A DNA stretch of 64,000 nt, from contig NC_043006.1 in assembly GCF_006345805.1 (NCBI RefSeq), positions 3,472,001-3,536,000 of the forward strand. Reading direction: 5' to 3'. The notes beneath the pieces were generated by a model, which saw only the letters and a list, made by a program, of their open reading frames with translations, was not told where the DNA came from and did not search any database. Numbering within the stretch: position 1 is the first letter of the stretch; every line of letters begins with the position of its first letter. Both the position numbers and the translations under genes were made by a program. Source of the stretch: Octopus sinensis (taxonomy: Eukaryota). Below are positions 39,976 through 52,227 of the stretch, in pieces.

Positions 39976-41649
39976 GGGCCCCACTTCTCATGCAGTACCA
40001 TTTGAACATTTGTACACATAGTCACTATCTTTTTTTTTTCTTAATTATCGTTTTTTTCCCAAAACTTTGTCCTTTCCTTTTTCCCTCTCTTTTTTTTAAA
40101 CAATTAATTTTACTTTTTTTCCTCTTTAACGCCTCATGTAAGGCTCCAGTTCTAACAGGTCGATTACTGGTGGCAGCTCGTTGAACTCCACCAGTGCTCC
40201 GGCTGGGTCAATTCTATCCCCGGACATGCCCCTAAGTTTCTTATAGGTTTCCCTATCGACCACAATGGCTTTCACACTCTCTGGGTATACGTCGTTTGGA
40301 AACTTTACTCTTATAATGTGCTCGAACTTTAAGATTGTTTTCTCCACCTCCTTGTTCTTGGAATAGGTCACGAAATTCCATTTGTTCCTCCCTCCTCTCG
40401 GTTTTCTCTTTTCTTCCTCCACTACCCTTCCTATTATAGATTCCTCTATACTCTTCTCTGAGACTGGGACCTACTCTTTCTTCGTCTCTGCTGTAACCAG
40501 TTTCTCCATTTCGTCCTCTTGTAGTTGAATTCCTGAGTCTTCCGTCAATTTACCTATCATCTTCATATTTGTTTCCTCCTTCTCTGACTCTTTTTCACAC
40601 ATCTTCTCAATTATTTTTTCCTTTTCCTTTTCCGTCTCACTTTTATCGTCTTTCTTTCTCGTTACCTTTTTCTTTTCCATTTCTTCGTTTTCTGATTAGT
40701 CGGTGGTGGGCTTACCCTACTGCTCCTCCTTCTTCTTCTTTCCACTAGTGTGAATTCTTATACCACTGTTGTCTCATTATTCTCGCCTCTTACTGCCTGT
40801 TCGACATTTTCTTGAATTTTTCTCTGTTGTTTCTGTGGACATCTCGCCTTCATGTGTCCCTTTTCACCACATTCAAAACACACAGGTGGTCTGCCCTCCA
40901 CCTTCATTCTTAGTGAGAAACCGTCAGGCAACACTATCTCCTCGGTTATTCTATTGAGGTCTTCTACTGTTGTTCTGGTGGCCTTCAATATTCTGGCTCC
41001 GTCCTTCATGTTATACATAATGGCTGTCAGCTCAGGGGGCACTTGTCCCACCCGAACTCTCGCCACACGTTTTCCGCAATACGATGGCAAAAGAATCCAT
41101 TCTCCCGAACGAATTGCCTCCGTCGCATGTCTTATTACTTCCTCCTCCGATATAAATCGCACATCCACAGTGGCAAACCTTCTACCTCTCGTTCTGAAGG
41201 TTATAAACTTTTTAATGCCTTCCAGCACTTTTTCAATTTCCTCTCCTGCTGCTATTTCTATTTTCCCTGTGGCGACCTTCTTGGTCTTGTAGGTCACCGT
41301 TTTCTTTATTCCGCTGTTCGTCAGCTCTTCAGGTGTCGTTAACTTTATCGTTTCACCCTCCTTCTTTATCAGCTTCTCGCAAGCTTTCATTTTCTTGGCT
41401 TCGACTTTTATTTCAAAGGTCTCTAATGTTCTTTCCTCTGCTCCTCTTCCGGTTGCGGCTGCATAGCTGTGTCCACCCGCTGGCGGCTTCTTCATTTTCC
41501 TCAACGGGAAAGTTTAACAACACAAAAATTAACGGTATAACAAACGGAGTTAACAGCGATATCAACGAACAGCAATAATCAACAATAAATTCTACTCACA
41601 ATTACAACTCAACTTCAATAACTCAACTTCAACGACTCAACTTCAGATG
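39976..41649 (-). mobile_element. ORF1-only-like element; L1/Tx1-type ORF1 pseudogene, 3' end unclear
   Basis: ORF 40758-41504 has LPSYCGKRVARVRVGQVPP and EGRPPVCFECGEKGHMKARCP; continues in 40471-40680 and 40126-40422; no EN or RT. Confidence 0.68.
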
Positions 41650-41671
41650 AAAGCAATTACACACAGGTTCC

Positions 41672-43345
41672 TTTTTCTTTATTACCCATAAAGGGCTACA
41701 CACAGGGGACAATACAAACATTGGGGGCATAAAACATCACAATTACACAAAGTATGAATAAATGAAATATGAAAATGAAAAATGAAAGTGATGCTAACGG
41801 CCCCATCTGCTAGCATCACTTACCTGTCCTTCTTCCTTAATCCGGAATGAAATGCATATAATCCTCCAGTTTAGAATTATATCTCCTTTCCAGTTCAGAC
41901 AATCTTCCCATCTTCAATTTTATATCTAACCAGTTTATAGTTTCTCCTTGCACATTCTTCCCCAAGTTCCTTTAATAGGTTTCCGGAATTACCGCGTACA
42001 TTACCCCCACCCTGTCCCAACAGTCATTCCATTTTACTTTCCCCCAGTCTTTTATTATTTCCCTTACATCTTCTGTGTTCCAAATACCAAGTATATTGGG
42101 CCTAGGATTTTTAGAGTTATGCTGTGTGTTTGCTTCTTTTTTGTTTTCTTGTTGGTGGGGAGCGGGTGGGTTAACTGTCTGCAGGGGAAGGGTGGGCCTC
42201 AGAGGGTGCGAGTGGTGTTGGGGTGGATTAGAGGTTCAGCACGATTCACTTTTCTCCTTCTCCTCCTTCTTTTGCCGTCTTCCCATTCTTTTGGTACTTT
42301 TTCCTCTTCCGTTGTATTCTGCTCCGTTGTATTCTGCCCCTCCTCGGTGGTTACTACTTCTCTTTGAGGTTCCAAACTTATTTCCTTTGATGGGTGAGGG
42401 CAGTTAGCTCTTATGTGACCTTTCAGGCCACACTTGTAGCAGTGCGGAGCTCTGCCTTCCACCCACACTCACATAAAAATATTTCCCATTTTGATACTCT
42501 CTGCCAGTTGATCCAATATTTCGGCTTCCGCTTGCACGTTCATTTCGAGAACTGCACCCTTCCAGCCTCCTTCATCCTTCACCGTGGCATGGAGAATGTC
42601 TACTTCCTCCTCGCATCCAATGATGATTACTGCCACGATCCACTCGCCATCGATATTGGGAGGTATTCCCTCCTCGCTGATCCGGGTTGTCCTTCTACCC
42701 AGATACGGGGGCAGAAGGAACACCTTTTCTGTCCTCACAGTCCCCGCCGCCATTCTTCTCGCTACACTTTCGTTCTCAAACTGGACCACTACGGTACCGA
42801 AAATTACACCTCTTGCCAGGAATACAATTTCTTCTTCAGTACTTTTCAGCGCCTCTTCGATTACCTCCATTCCGACTACTTCTATTTTTCGTTTTTCGTT
42901 AGCATAAACTCGGTACGTGATGGTCTTTCGTTCGTGCCATTCTCTTCTCTTTTGTGGCGGTGACAATTCCACTTCATCACTGACCTTTTTTACGAAAGCC
43001 TGATAGCTTGGCAACTTGGCCAAGTCTATTTCCTTCTCTATCGACCTTGTTGCTCGCGTGTATGTTGTTCCTAATTATTTGTCCATTTTCTTTACAGCCC
43101 TTTCAAGCTCCTCTTCAGAGGTCGACAAATCCGACACAGTGAGACCTTCAAACATGTTTCCTCTTGCCATCTCTCCTTTAGGGAGGGGCAGACCGCTTCT
43201 TCCTTGTCTGTCTCTACACAGACAGACAAAAATCCAAAAATCGTTTAACAATAACGTTCAACGATAAAAATTAACAAGTCAACAATTTAACCAAATCAGC
43301 TACTCACAGGTTCAAAATAACGCAGTTCCAATTCGACTTCGCCGC
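41672..43345 (-). mobile_element. ORF1-only (HAL1-like) retroposon, apparently complete
   Basis: Identical 22-bp flanks at 41650-41671 and 43346-43367; AATAAA-G-AAAAA 3' end. ORF1 pieces 42469-43023 (LPPYLGRRTTRI..GIPPNI) and 42199-42468 (EGRAPHCYKCGLKGHIRANCP). No ORF2. Confidence 0.78.
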
Positions 43346-43399
43346 AAAGCAATTACACACAGGTTCCAAAAAACGACTACAGTCAAACTTCATATAGAT

Positions 43400-43943
43400 A
43401 CTTTATGCTAGCTAATTTGCAGATGATCTAATGTAAAACCCGAAGTAAAGGGTATGTGCACAGCACCATCTGGACTATTCCATTTCTGCACTTTAATTTT
43501 ATTTTTAATTTATTCCCATTCATGTGAAACCACTTATTCAAGTTCAAGTCATTGATGCAATTTTATACCAGTTGCTACTTTTACTTTTAATTGTTATGTT
43601 ACGATTTAATTATTGTATTATACTTTAGTTTGATTTTAATTATTACTTACTACATATAATTCAATTGTTATTATTATCTCTAATTTTTATTGTTAAAGTG
43701 AAAGTATCTGACATAAAAAAGAGAGATGTTTTTGTTTCACTTTTAACACGTAATACTGAAATAGTGGAGAAGATATGATGTTGCTATGGGCAAGATATGA
43801 TATTGCTATAGGCAAGAAGTTGAACACTTTTTTTTGCCCATGACACTACATGGACCCCAAATAATGCATATGTAAAGTTTGAATGAAATTGGTTGTGTAG
43901 TTCTCAAGTTTTAGGGAAACAGACAGACAGACACACATTCTCA

Positions 43944-43955
<12 letters not shown>
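43400..43955 (-). mobile_element. Helitron/DINE-like non-autonomous element, degraded
   Basis: Minus-strand 5' end tatatataaaactgagaatgtgtgtctgtctg resembles the 5' end at 46299; 3' end not identified. Confidence 0.35.
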
Positions 43956-43987
<32 letters not shown>

Positions 43988-44784
43988 GCACTTTAATATC
44001 TAGCTGCACGACAAATAACTAGTAATTAGATCGTCGTGTAAATTCCTCTATGTCACAATCAGAGACGTGAATGAGCCCATATCACAGACCTCGTATAATT
44101 TTGGTTGGAATCTGCAGTTGGGTGAATCACAGAGTGCATAAAGCATACAAAGCAGGGCATGTTGTTTCTTCTATTTCCCTTTGATTTCCTGAAAAAAGGG
44201 GTCCTAAGCCCGAAATATCAAAATACATGATAAAAGTACAAACCATCGACTTATATTATATCATATGACTTATTTTACAACATTTACTACACACACACAC
44301 ACACACACACACACAAGCACATACACATTTCGTTTTTGTATTTCGTTTGCAAGATTCTTAAGAGCCAACGAAATGGTTGCAAGACAAAACGAAAATTTTA
44401 GAAAACATAAATAAGTAAATGGGTGGAAATCGAACCGGTGAGTGTGTTAAATAATAAGGAACTAAAAAAAATGACTTTCCCCATACACTATGTGTATGTA
44501 TATATATGTGTGTGTGTGCGTGTATATATATATATGAGTGTGTATGTATGTACGCGCGTGCGCGTATGTGTCTGTGTGAGAGAGAGAGGGAGGGAGGGAG
44601 TCTAATTTGAATAGGTTCTATTTACTTGGGGATCTGGTCATCGAAAGAGGTCTCCAGATGAAGAAAGCTTTTATTATATCTGTTTATATATGTATGTGTG
44701 TCCCTGTAGGCATATATATATATACATACATATATATATAAAGCTGTTTAGAGTAGATATTAAATCTTGATCTTAGCGATAAGA

Positions 44785-44829
<45 letters not shown>

Positions 44830-44939
44830 CATATATGTGGTGCGTGTGTGAGAGAGAGAGCGAGAGACAGTGTATGTTTGTGTGTGTGTGTGTGTGTGTG
44901 TTTATGTACGGGTGCATGCTCGTGGGATTTAGGCATGTG

Positions 44940-44982
<43 letters not shown>

Positions 44983-45086
44983 TAATGGGTGTGTGTGTAT
45001 ATCTGTGCACGTATTTCCTTGTCTCGACCTTAATTTAACATACAAGGAAGATAAAGAGGATAAAGAGACTCGTTCTACTTTAGGTG

Positions 45087-45121
<35 letters not shown>

Positions 45122-45447
45122 GTGAGGGAGAGGGAGAGAGAGAGAGAAGTGTTGGGGAAAATGGAAGAAGAGAAAGATGCTGAAATAAAGCTAGAATACT
45201 TATTAGTGCTTGTTCTAATTATTATCTAATAACTAAAGAAATATTTGTTTTGGAAATATATATCTCCATAAAGTGCAGATAGGGCACCATTGAATGACAT
45301 ATGCAACCCCTGGGGTGATCTTAATTATTGCTATGAGGCTATATACAAAAGATTGAATAGCTGGTTATCAGTTTCGTAGTGTTTTACAGGATAATGTTAA
45401 TGAAGTCGTTCTGAAAGCCCTTAGTTGAACTAAAGCTTTCTTATTGG

Positions 45448-45499
45448 CTGAGCTGAAGAACCACTTAACTCCATAGCAGTGGGAAACCGTGCCTTTCAG
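45448..45499 (+). ncRNA. Degenerate hammerhead-like motif
   Basis: ctgag-CTGAAGA-a-ccact..agtgg-GAAA-ccgtgc-CT-ttcag; U16.1 is replaced by C. Confidence 0.45.
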
Positions 45500-45519
45500 A
45501 TGCAAACATAGAAACAGCC

Positions 45520-45619
<100 letters not shown>

Positions 45620-45643
45620 CTCTCCATCTTTCTTTCTGCGTTC

Positions 45644-45679
45644 CTTTCTGTGGAAGAGATTAGGCTCGAAACGTTAAAG
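45644..45679 (+). ncRNA. Minimal hammerhead variant, family A (A6U core)
   Basis: cttt-CTGTGGA-a-gag(attagg)ctc-GAAA-cg-TT-aaag within the 45618-45775 repeat between TA tracts. Confidence 0.55.
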
Positions 45680-45769
45680 ACTTTTTCAGTTCCCGAGCGT
45701 TATACTAATACATCTGTTTATTTTCTACACCACCTGTTTTCGTTTTTTTCTTTTCGTGAATTCTCCCCT

Positions 45770-45822
<53 letters not shown>

Positions 45823-45858
45823 CGTGCACGTACAATTATAAGTACACACACATAAACA

Positions 45859-46172
45859 GGGCGCATGGCTCAGTGGTTAGAGCGTCGGGCTCACAATCAT
45901 GAGGTAGTAAATTTGGTTCCCAGACCGGGCTGTGTGTTGTCTTCTTGAGCAAGACACTTTACTTCACAGCGCTCCAGTTCATTCAGCTGCAGGAAAGAAT
46001 TGTGACGTCACTGGTGCCAAAGTGCATTAGTTTTTGCTTTCCTTTGGATAACATTGGATGCATGGCCGACTGGTGGTCTTCCATAAACAACCTTACCTGG
46101 ACTTCTGCCTCGGAGGGGAACTTTCTAGTCACAATCCCATGGTATTTCATGGCCGAAGGGGATCTTTACCCT
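45859..46172 (+). mobile_element. tRNA-derived SINE, full length
   Basis: gggcgcatggctcagtggttagagcg (A box); cttgagcaagacactttacttcac domain. Confidence 0.88.
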
Positions 46173-46192
46173 TTACACACACTCACACACAC

Positions 46193-46240
<48 letters not shown>

Positions 46241-46254
46241 CACGCACACACACA

Positions 46255-46298
<44 letters not shown>

Positions 46299-46299
<1 letters not shown>

Positions 46300-46592
46300 C
46301 TTTATATATAAAAGAGAAGTTGTGTGTCTGTCTCCTACGATTTAGATTCCTAACTACTCCCACATTTTGCGGTGCAGTTTAACCAAAACCGGGTATCTTA
46401 TAGTCGTGATTCATATCGAGCCCTTCTGGGTATTAGCGCGCGTCTACGATGAGTCAACGATTTAAAAAAAATTATCATAATTTTTTTCCATTTTTAATGC
46501 ATTTTTTTGCTATTTTTTGGCTATAACTCTCTAAAAATGCTTATATAGTTATTTCCCTTACAAACCCGAGCAACGCCGGGCGATACTGCTAG
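46299..46592 (+). mobile_element. 294-bp non-autonomous Helitron
   Basis: A|TC start, subterminal hairpin cccgagcaacgccggg, CTAG|T end. Confidence 0.75.
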
Positions 46593-46939
46593 TATATATA
46601 TATATATACATGTATGTATACTGTTGATGTGTTAAGAATTCATATACTCCTAGAGATTGTAGGATAATTCTGTTTGGAATTTGTTCTCGAAGTACACATA
46701 AAGTTATAATAAGAGCATGTAAATATCGGGTTGGAAAATCCTTTTCGATGGAATAAGTAGAAGGCTGCCAGTGAGTCTCGAAACCACATCTCCTGTAGAC
46801 ATGACAAGTGTTCACACATTGAGTGTGAATGTGTGTGTGGGGGCGAGGCGGGAGGATGGGCGCGGCGTGGGTGCGTATGTATATGCATGTGTATGTATAT
46901 GCATATATATATAACTATATGTATGTGTGTGTGTGTGTA

Positions 46940-47775
46940 CAGCCTGTCTCAAAAGTCACTAATGCGTTTCACTTTGTAACGACTTCCTTAACCTTACAAA
47001 TAAATGAATGAACATTTGATACGATATAAAGGACATAAGGAAAAGTCTGCAATACCAAAATGACATCGCTTAAATGGCAGCCATTTTCGGCTTCGCACGT
47101 GCTCTTTCCAAAACTTGCCCCATAACACCCTCAGGATTTTCAGACCCCACTTCTCTGATTTCTCTTCTGATGTTCTCCTTCAGTTGCACCAGGGTCTCCG
47201 GTTTGTTGACGTAAATCCTCTCATTCAGGTATCCATGACTGAGACCATTTTGCGCCCAGCCATTCAAAATAGACCACACACATGCTTCCAGCAAGATGGG
47301 GCAACTGCTCATACAGCAAGAGAAATAATGCAGTTGCTACAGCAGTGCTTTGGAGAGAGAATAATCTCCCGCTACAGCAGCGTCAACTGGCCCTCACGTT
47401 CTCCAGACTTGACTATCCCGTATTTTTCCTTGCTGGGGAAACCTGAAGAGAAGGTTTACGGCAACAAACCGGAGACCCTAGTGCAACTGAAGTAGAATAT
47501 CAATAGAGAAATCAGAGAAGTGGGGTCTGAAATTTCCTGAGGGTATTATGGTGCAAATTTTGGAAAGAGCACGGCCGTCCGAAGCTGAAAATGGCTGCCA
47601 TTTAAGGGATATTATTTTTCACATGTGATGCAGTGGTGTTGCAAAATTCGACTTGTGCATATTAATTTCCATTATGTCCGTTATATTCTTTCAAAATTTC
47701 ATGCATTCATTTGTAAAGTTAAGCAAGTTATTAAAAGTTGAGATATATCAGTGACTCTTCAGATGTATGAATGTA
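46940..47775. mobile_element. Fold-back Tc1/mariner derivative with two inverted 3' ends
   Basis: Transposase tail FQQDGATAHT..WPSRSPDL..KVY on plus; 46940-47245 is a diverged reverse complement of about 47440-47775. Confidence 0.8.
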
Positions 47776-47971
47776 TATATAATATAATGCATTGTATATG
47801 TATATACTTATAATATACATACATATATGTACATCCGCTTGCACAAGTACATATACACATAAATATGTGGTTATATATTCATGTAAACACGTATACATAT
47901 GTTTATATATGCATATAAAAAAGGCATATAAATATACTTATATAATTATATATGTACATACTCGTATATAT

Positions 47972-48002
<31 letters not shown>

Positions 48003-48034
48003 CACATGCCTCCATAAATGCAAATATACCCAAA

Positions 48035-48036
48035 CG

Positions 48037-48135
<99 letters not shown>

Positions 48136-48147
48136 GTAGATAGATAA
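48035..48147. repeat. (GATA)n
   Basis: Direct inspection. Confidence 0.97.
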
Positions 48148-48679
48148 CAGTTTGAAGAAGAAAAGTAAATAGTAAAAGAAACGATAAGGAAGGAAGTGAA
48201 ATGAAAGAGTGGAGAATGAGCTCGGATAGTTTTACTGTGGCAATTTAATCACGACTAGAGTCCGCCACCCACGATTTCAATCTCCTGCTGAGTTTTATAT
48301 TACGGGTATGTAGTCCTATATTCACAGGATATGTTAAGATAAATACGGTGTACATGTAGTTAGCTGCTTGCTTGCTCATACATACATACATACAAAGCTG
48401 TAGGTGTGGTGGGTGTCTATATACATTTTGTCTTTGCGCACTACATGCTTCTGTGCTTATGAGTGCTGCATTATAAATATAAACACACACACACATACAC
48501 ACACACGCACACACACACATACATACATACATACATACATACATACATACATACATACGTGCACACACACACACACACTACGCAAGCTCACGATTCACGC
48601 ACTATCTATTTTCTTACTCCGTGTGATGGAATTGTACGATGTTTCTTGTGCAGTTCCTAAAATACCAGGTTACACATAC

Positions 48680-48696
48680 ATGTATGTGTGCGTGTG

Positions 48697-48727
<31 letters not shown>

Positions 48728-49275
48728 TGTGTGTGTGTGTGCGTGTTGTGTGTGTGTGTGAGTGTGTGTGTGTGGCGTGTGGTGTGTGTGTGTGTGTGAG
48801 TTTGTGCGTGTGATGTGGTGTGTGTGTGTGTGTGCGTGTGGTGTGTGTGTGTGAGTGTGTGTGTGTGTGCGTGTGGTATGTGTGTGTGTGTGTAAGTGTG
48901 TGTGTGAGTGTGTGGTGTGTGTGTGAGTGTGTGCGTGTGAGTGTGTGTGTGTGTGTGCGTGTGTGTGTGTGTGTGAGTGTGTGTGTGTGTGTGGTGGGCG
49001 TGTGGTATGTAGTGTGTGTGTAAGTGTGTGTGGTGTGTGTGGTATGTGTGTGTGTGTATGTGTGTGGTGCGTGTGGTGTGTGTGTGTGTGAGTGTGTGGT
49101 GTGTGTGTGAGCGTGTATGTGTGAGTGTGTGTGTGTGTGAGTGTGTGCGTGTGAGTGTGGGTGTGTGTGCGTGTGGTGTGTGTGTGTGAGTGTGTGTGTG
49201 TGTGTGTGCGTGTGGTATGTGTGTGTGTGTGTAAGTGTGTGTGTGAGTGTGTGAGCATGTGTGTGTGTGTTTGTG
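48680..49275. repeat. Long interrupted (GT)n array
   Basis: Direct inspection. Confidence 0.95.
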
Positions 49276-49852
49276 CGTGCGATGATTGCAATTTCGCGCT
49301 CAGATAGAAAGAATATCAACACACCCACTCATGCGTACAGCTACTTAAGCCTATTTTGGGGGTCTGTATGCGTGCTTGTATATTTTACCCTAGAAAACCT
49401 CCATACGGTCATGGGGCACAAGTTTTATTCCCGACCAGCATGCATTGCTAAGTACCCTACTTCCGCTAACAATGGCTAAATTATAAAGATCGTTTCACAA
49501 AGGCGAAGAACGTTCCTCTATGGTCTCTTACCTTTGTAAAGAAAATACAATAAACTACACACACACACGCACACGCACACACATACACACACACACAAAG
49601 ACACACACACACACACATACACTCTTGTATGTATACATATTTGTGAATAGATGCATGGTGGTGCACCAGCATAACAGCAGCCGCATGACTGAACCGATTG
49701 AAAGAATAAATGTATATATGTTTGTAATGCCTACACACACACACACACACACACAACCACACATATATATATATATATTCAGAATGTGACCGCGTGTGTA
49801 CGTTGAGATTTTTTTCCTCCGTCTTCCCTCTCTGGATCTTTCCTTTTCCTAT

Positions 49853-49887
49853 GTTTCTGACGAAGAGCTCCGCTCGAAACTTTAAAC
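49853..49887 (+). ncRNA. Minimal type I hammerhead, family B
   Basis: gttt-CTGACGA-a-gagc(tcc)gctc-GAAA-ct-TT-aaac within the 49800-49990 repeat ending in (TA)n. Confidence 0.65.
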
Positions 49888-50100
49888 CCTCCTTCTTCCC
49901 CTTCCTTCCTGAGCGTCCAATAATACTATACTTGTTCAACGTCCTCGCGTTGTTGTGTTTTCTCTTTGTGTTTTCATGTTTGGATTAACTATATATATAT
50001 ATATATATATAATATATTAATTTATACACACACACACACCACACACACACATATATATATTATATATATATATATATATGTATATATAGTTATATATAAT

Positions 50101-50131
<31 letters not shown>

Positions 50132-50166
50132 GTTATATATATATATATGTATATATATAATATATA

Positions 50167-50245
<79 letters not shown>

Positions 50246-50247
<2 letters not shown>

Positions 50248-51867
50248 CTTAGCAGCAATAAAGGAAATCAAGCATAATTCAGACTGTCAGGTCCCGATAG
50301 GTTCCCTGCTTGTGTCTTGAAGATGTGTCAAAACCAACTTGCACCCCTTCTAGCCAATCTGGTGACGGAACTCACTGGATGCTGGATATATACCAGAGGA
50401 CCTTCTTCCCAGCTTGCCGTGAATTACCGTCCAATCTCACTCACCTATCATATCATCAAGGTATTTGAGAGGGTGCTGAGATCGCGTATGACTCACTTCC
50501 TTGAGAGTCATAATATGCTGAACCCCAACCAGCATGGATTCCGTAATGGGAGAGATTGCCTGACGCAGCTACTGCATCATTTTGATGACATTTGAGAGCC
50601 TTGGGAGAAGGTTCTAACACTAATGTCATCTACCTTGATTTCAGCAAGGCCTTGACAGGGTGATCATAAGATCCTTCTGAGAAAGCTGTCCAATATTGGT
50701 TGTCACTGGAAAGTTGCTGCAGTGGATCAAGTGCTTCCGTCTAACAGAACCCAACATGTTGTAGTCGAAGGAGTCAAATCCAGCCCAGCCAAAGTCAGCA
50801 GTGGTGTCCCACAAGACACTGTGTTGGGCCCACTTCTCTTCATCATCTACATAAATGATATTACTGATACCATCAAACACAGTAACATCAGAACCTTCGC
50901 TGATGACTCCAAGCTCCAGAAGGTCATCAATGGCGTGGATGACCGAATAAACCTTCAGTCAGACCACTACTGGCTGTGTCCAATGGGCGGAAAAGAATAA
51001 CATGTTGCTAAATGAAGACAAATTTGAACTGATCCACTTTGGAAGGAGGACGCTCTGAAACTCCCATACTCTCTTCCTTCTGGAGAAATTCTCATGGCAT
51101 CCAACAACATCAGAGACCTGGGAGTAACAGTGGACAACAACATAAGCTGGGCTACACATATAAGCAGCAAAGTTGACATGGCCCGCAGAATGTGTTCCTG
51201 GATTCTCAGAACCTTCCAGTCGAGAGATTCCCACGCATTATCCTTCTCTTCTCCACTTTTGCCCGACCCCCCCTTGAATACTGCTGTCCACTGTGGTCTC
51301 CCTACACAAAACAAAATATTATGAGAATTGAAGCTCCCCAAAGGTCAATCAACAAAAAGATAGATGGCATGTCAGACCTTGACTACTGGGGTAGACTAGA
51401 GAAGCTGAAATTGTATTCACTCCAACGACGGCCTGAACGCTACATTATCTGTATGATGTGGAATATTCCACCAGCACTGTCCGAATGATGTTGGCATCAC
51501 CTTCAAAATGCATCCAAGGCTTGGACCACGTGCCATCCGTCCACAACAAAAATCTAAATCGCATCACATAAAGACAATACGGCACAACTATTTCACCTCA
51601 ATTGGACCTGCTCTCTTCAACATTACACCAGGGCACGTCAAAAAAGAAACTGACCACACAAAATTCAAGAAGTCTTTGGACAAATTCCTTCAAACAGTAC
51701 CGGACAAACCACCCACACCCGGATATGTCTCCGCAAACAATAACTCTCTGCTCGAATGGGCCTTGGTGCCCAAATCCTGAACTGAAAGACTTCACCAGGT
51801 GGTGCTATTAAGTTAGACATGGCCTGGGCCAATACTGGCCAAAACCTTTCTAAGTTATTCTAAGTTA
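50246..51867 (+). mobile_element. CR1-clade LINE, 5'-truncated, RT pseudogene
   Basis: GPD, YRPISLT, QHGF, DFSKA, SGVPQDTVLGPLLF, FADDSK, RDLGV, LEYCCPLWSP, YWGRLEKLKLYSLQRR; 3' tail (ttctaagtta)x2. Confidence 0.92.
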
Positions 51868-52039
51868 TATATATAATATATATATATAATATATTATATT
51901 ATATATATATATATCTAATATATATATATATAATATATATATATATATAGGGAGAGATTACGAAAAAAACAAAAGAGGAAGACAGGGGGTGTACAAAGCA
52001 AGCAGATGTATTAGTGTAACGCTCAGGAATAGAAATAGT

Positions 52040-52075
52040 ATTTTACGTTTCGAGCCTACGCTCTTCTACAAAAGG
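52040..52075 (-). ncRNA. Family A hammerhead variant, C3 lost
   Basis: Minus: cctt-TTGTAGA-a-gagc(gtag)gctc-GAAA-cg-TA-aaa. Confidence 0.5.
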
Positions 52076-52227
52076 GGACACAGAAAAAACAAGGAGAGAA
52101 AAAAATGTGTATATATATAAGTTCAGTAAAAATTTAGATTCGGATGAATATGGTACTTAAGTAAGTTAAAGCGCCAGAATTTGGTATGGTATTATCCATA
52201 TAATTCAAAATGGGGTGATTATAATCA

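Noticed and set aside
40030-40045. Poly(A) tail of the ORF1 element at 39976-41649
   Set aside because: The A-run can be read as Lys codons of the degraded ORF, and no TSD was found; 3' end left undefined.
45859-45930. tRNA genes at SINE heads (also 11249, 15914, 29984)
   Set aside because: No complete cloverleaf; each runs into SINE body sequence.
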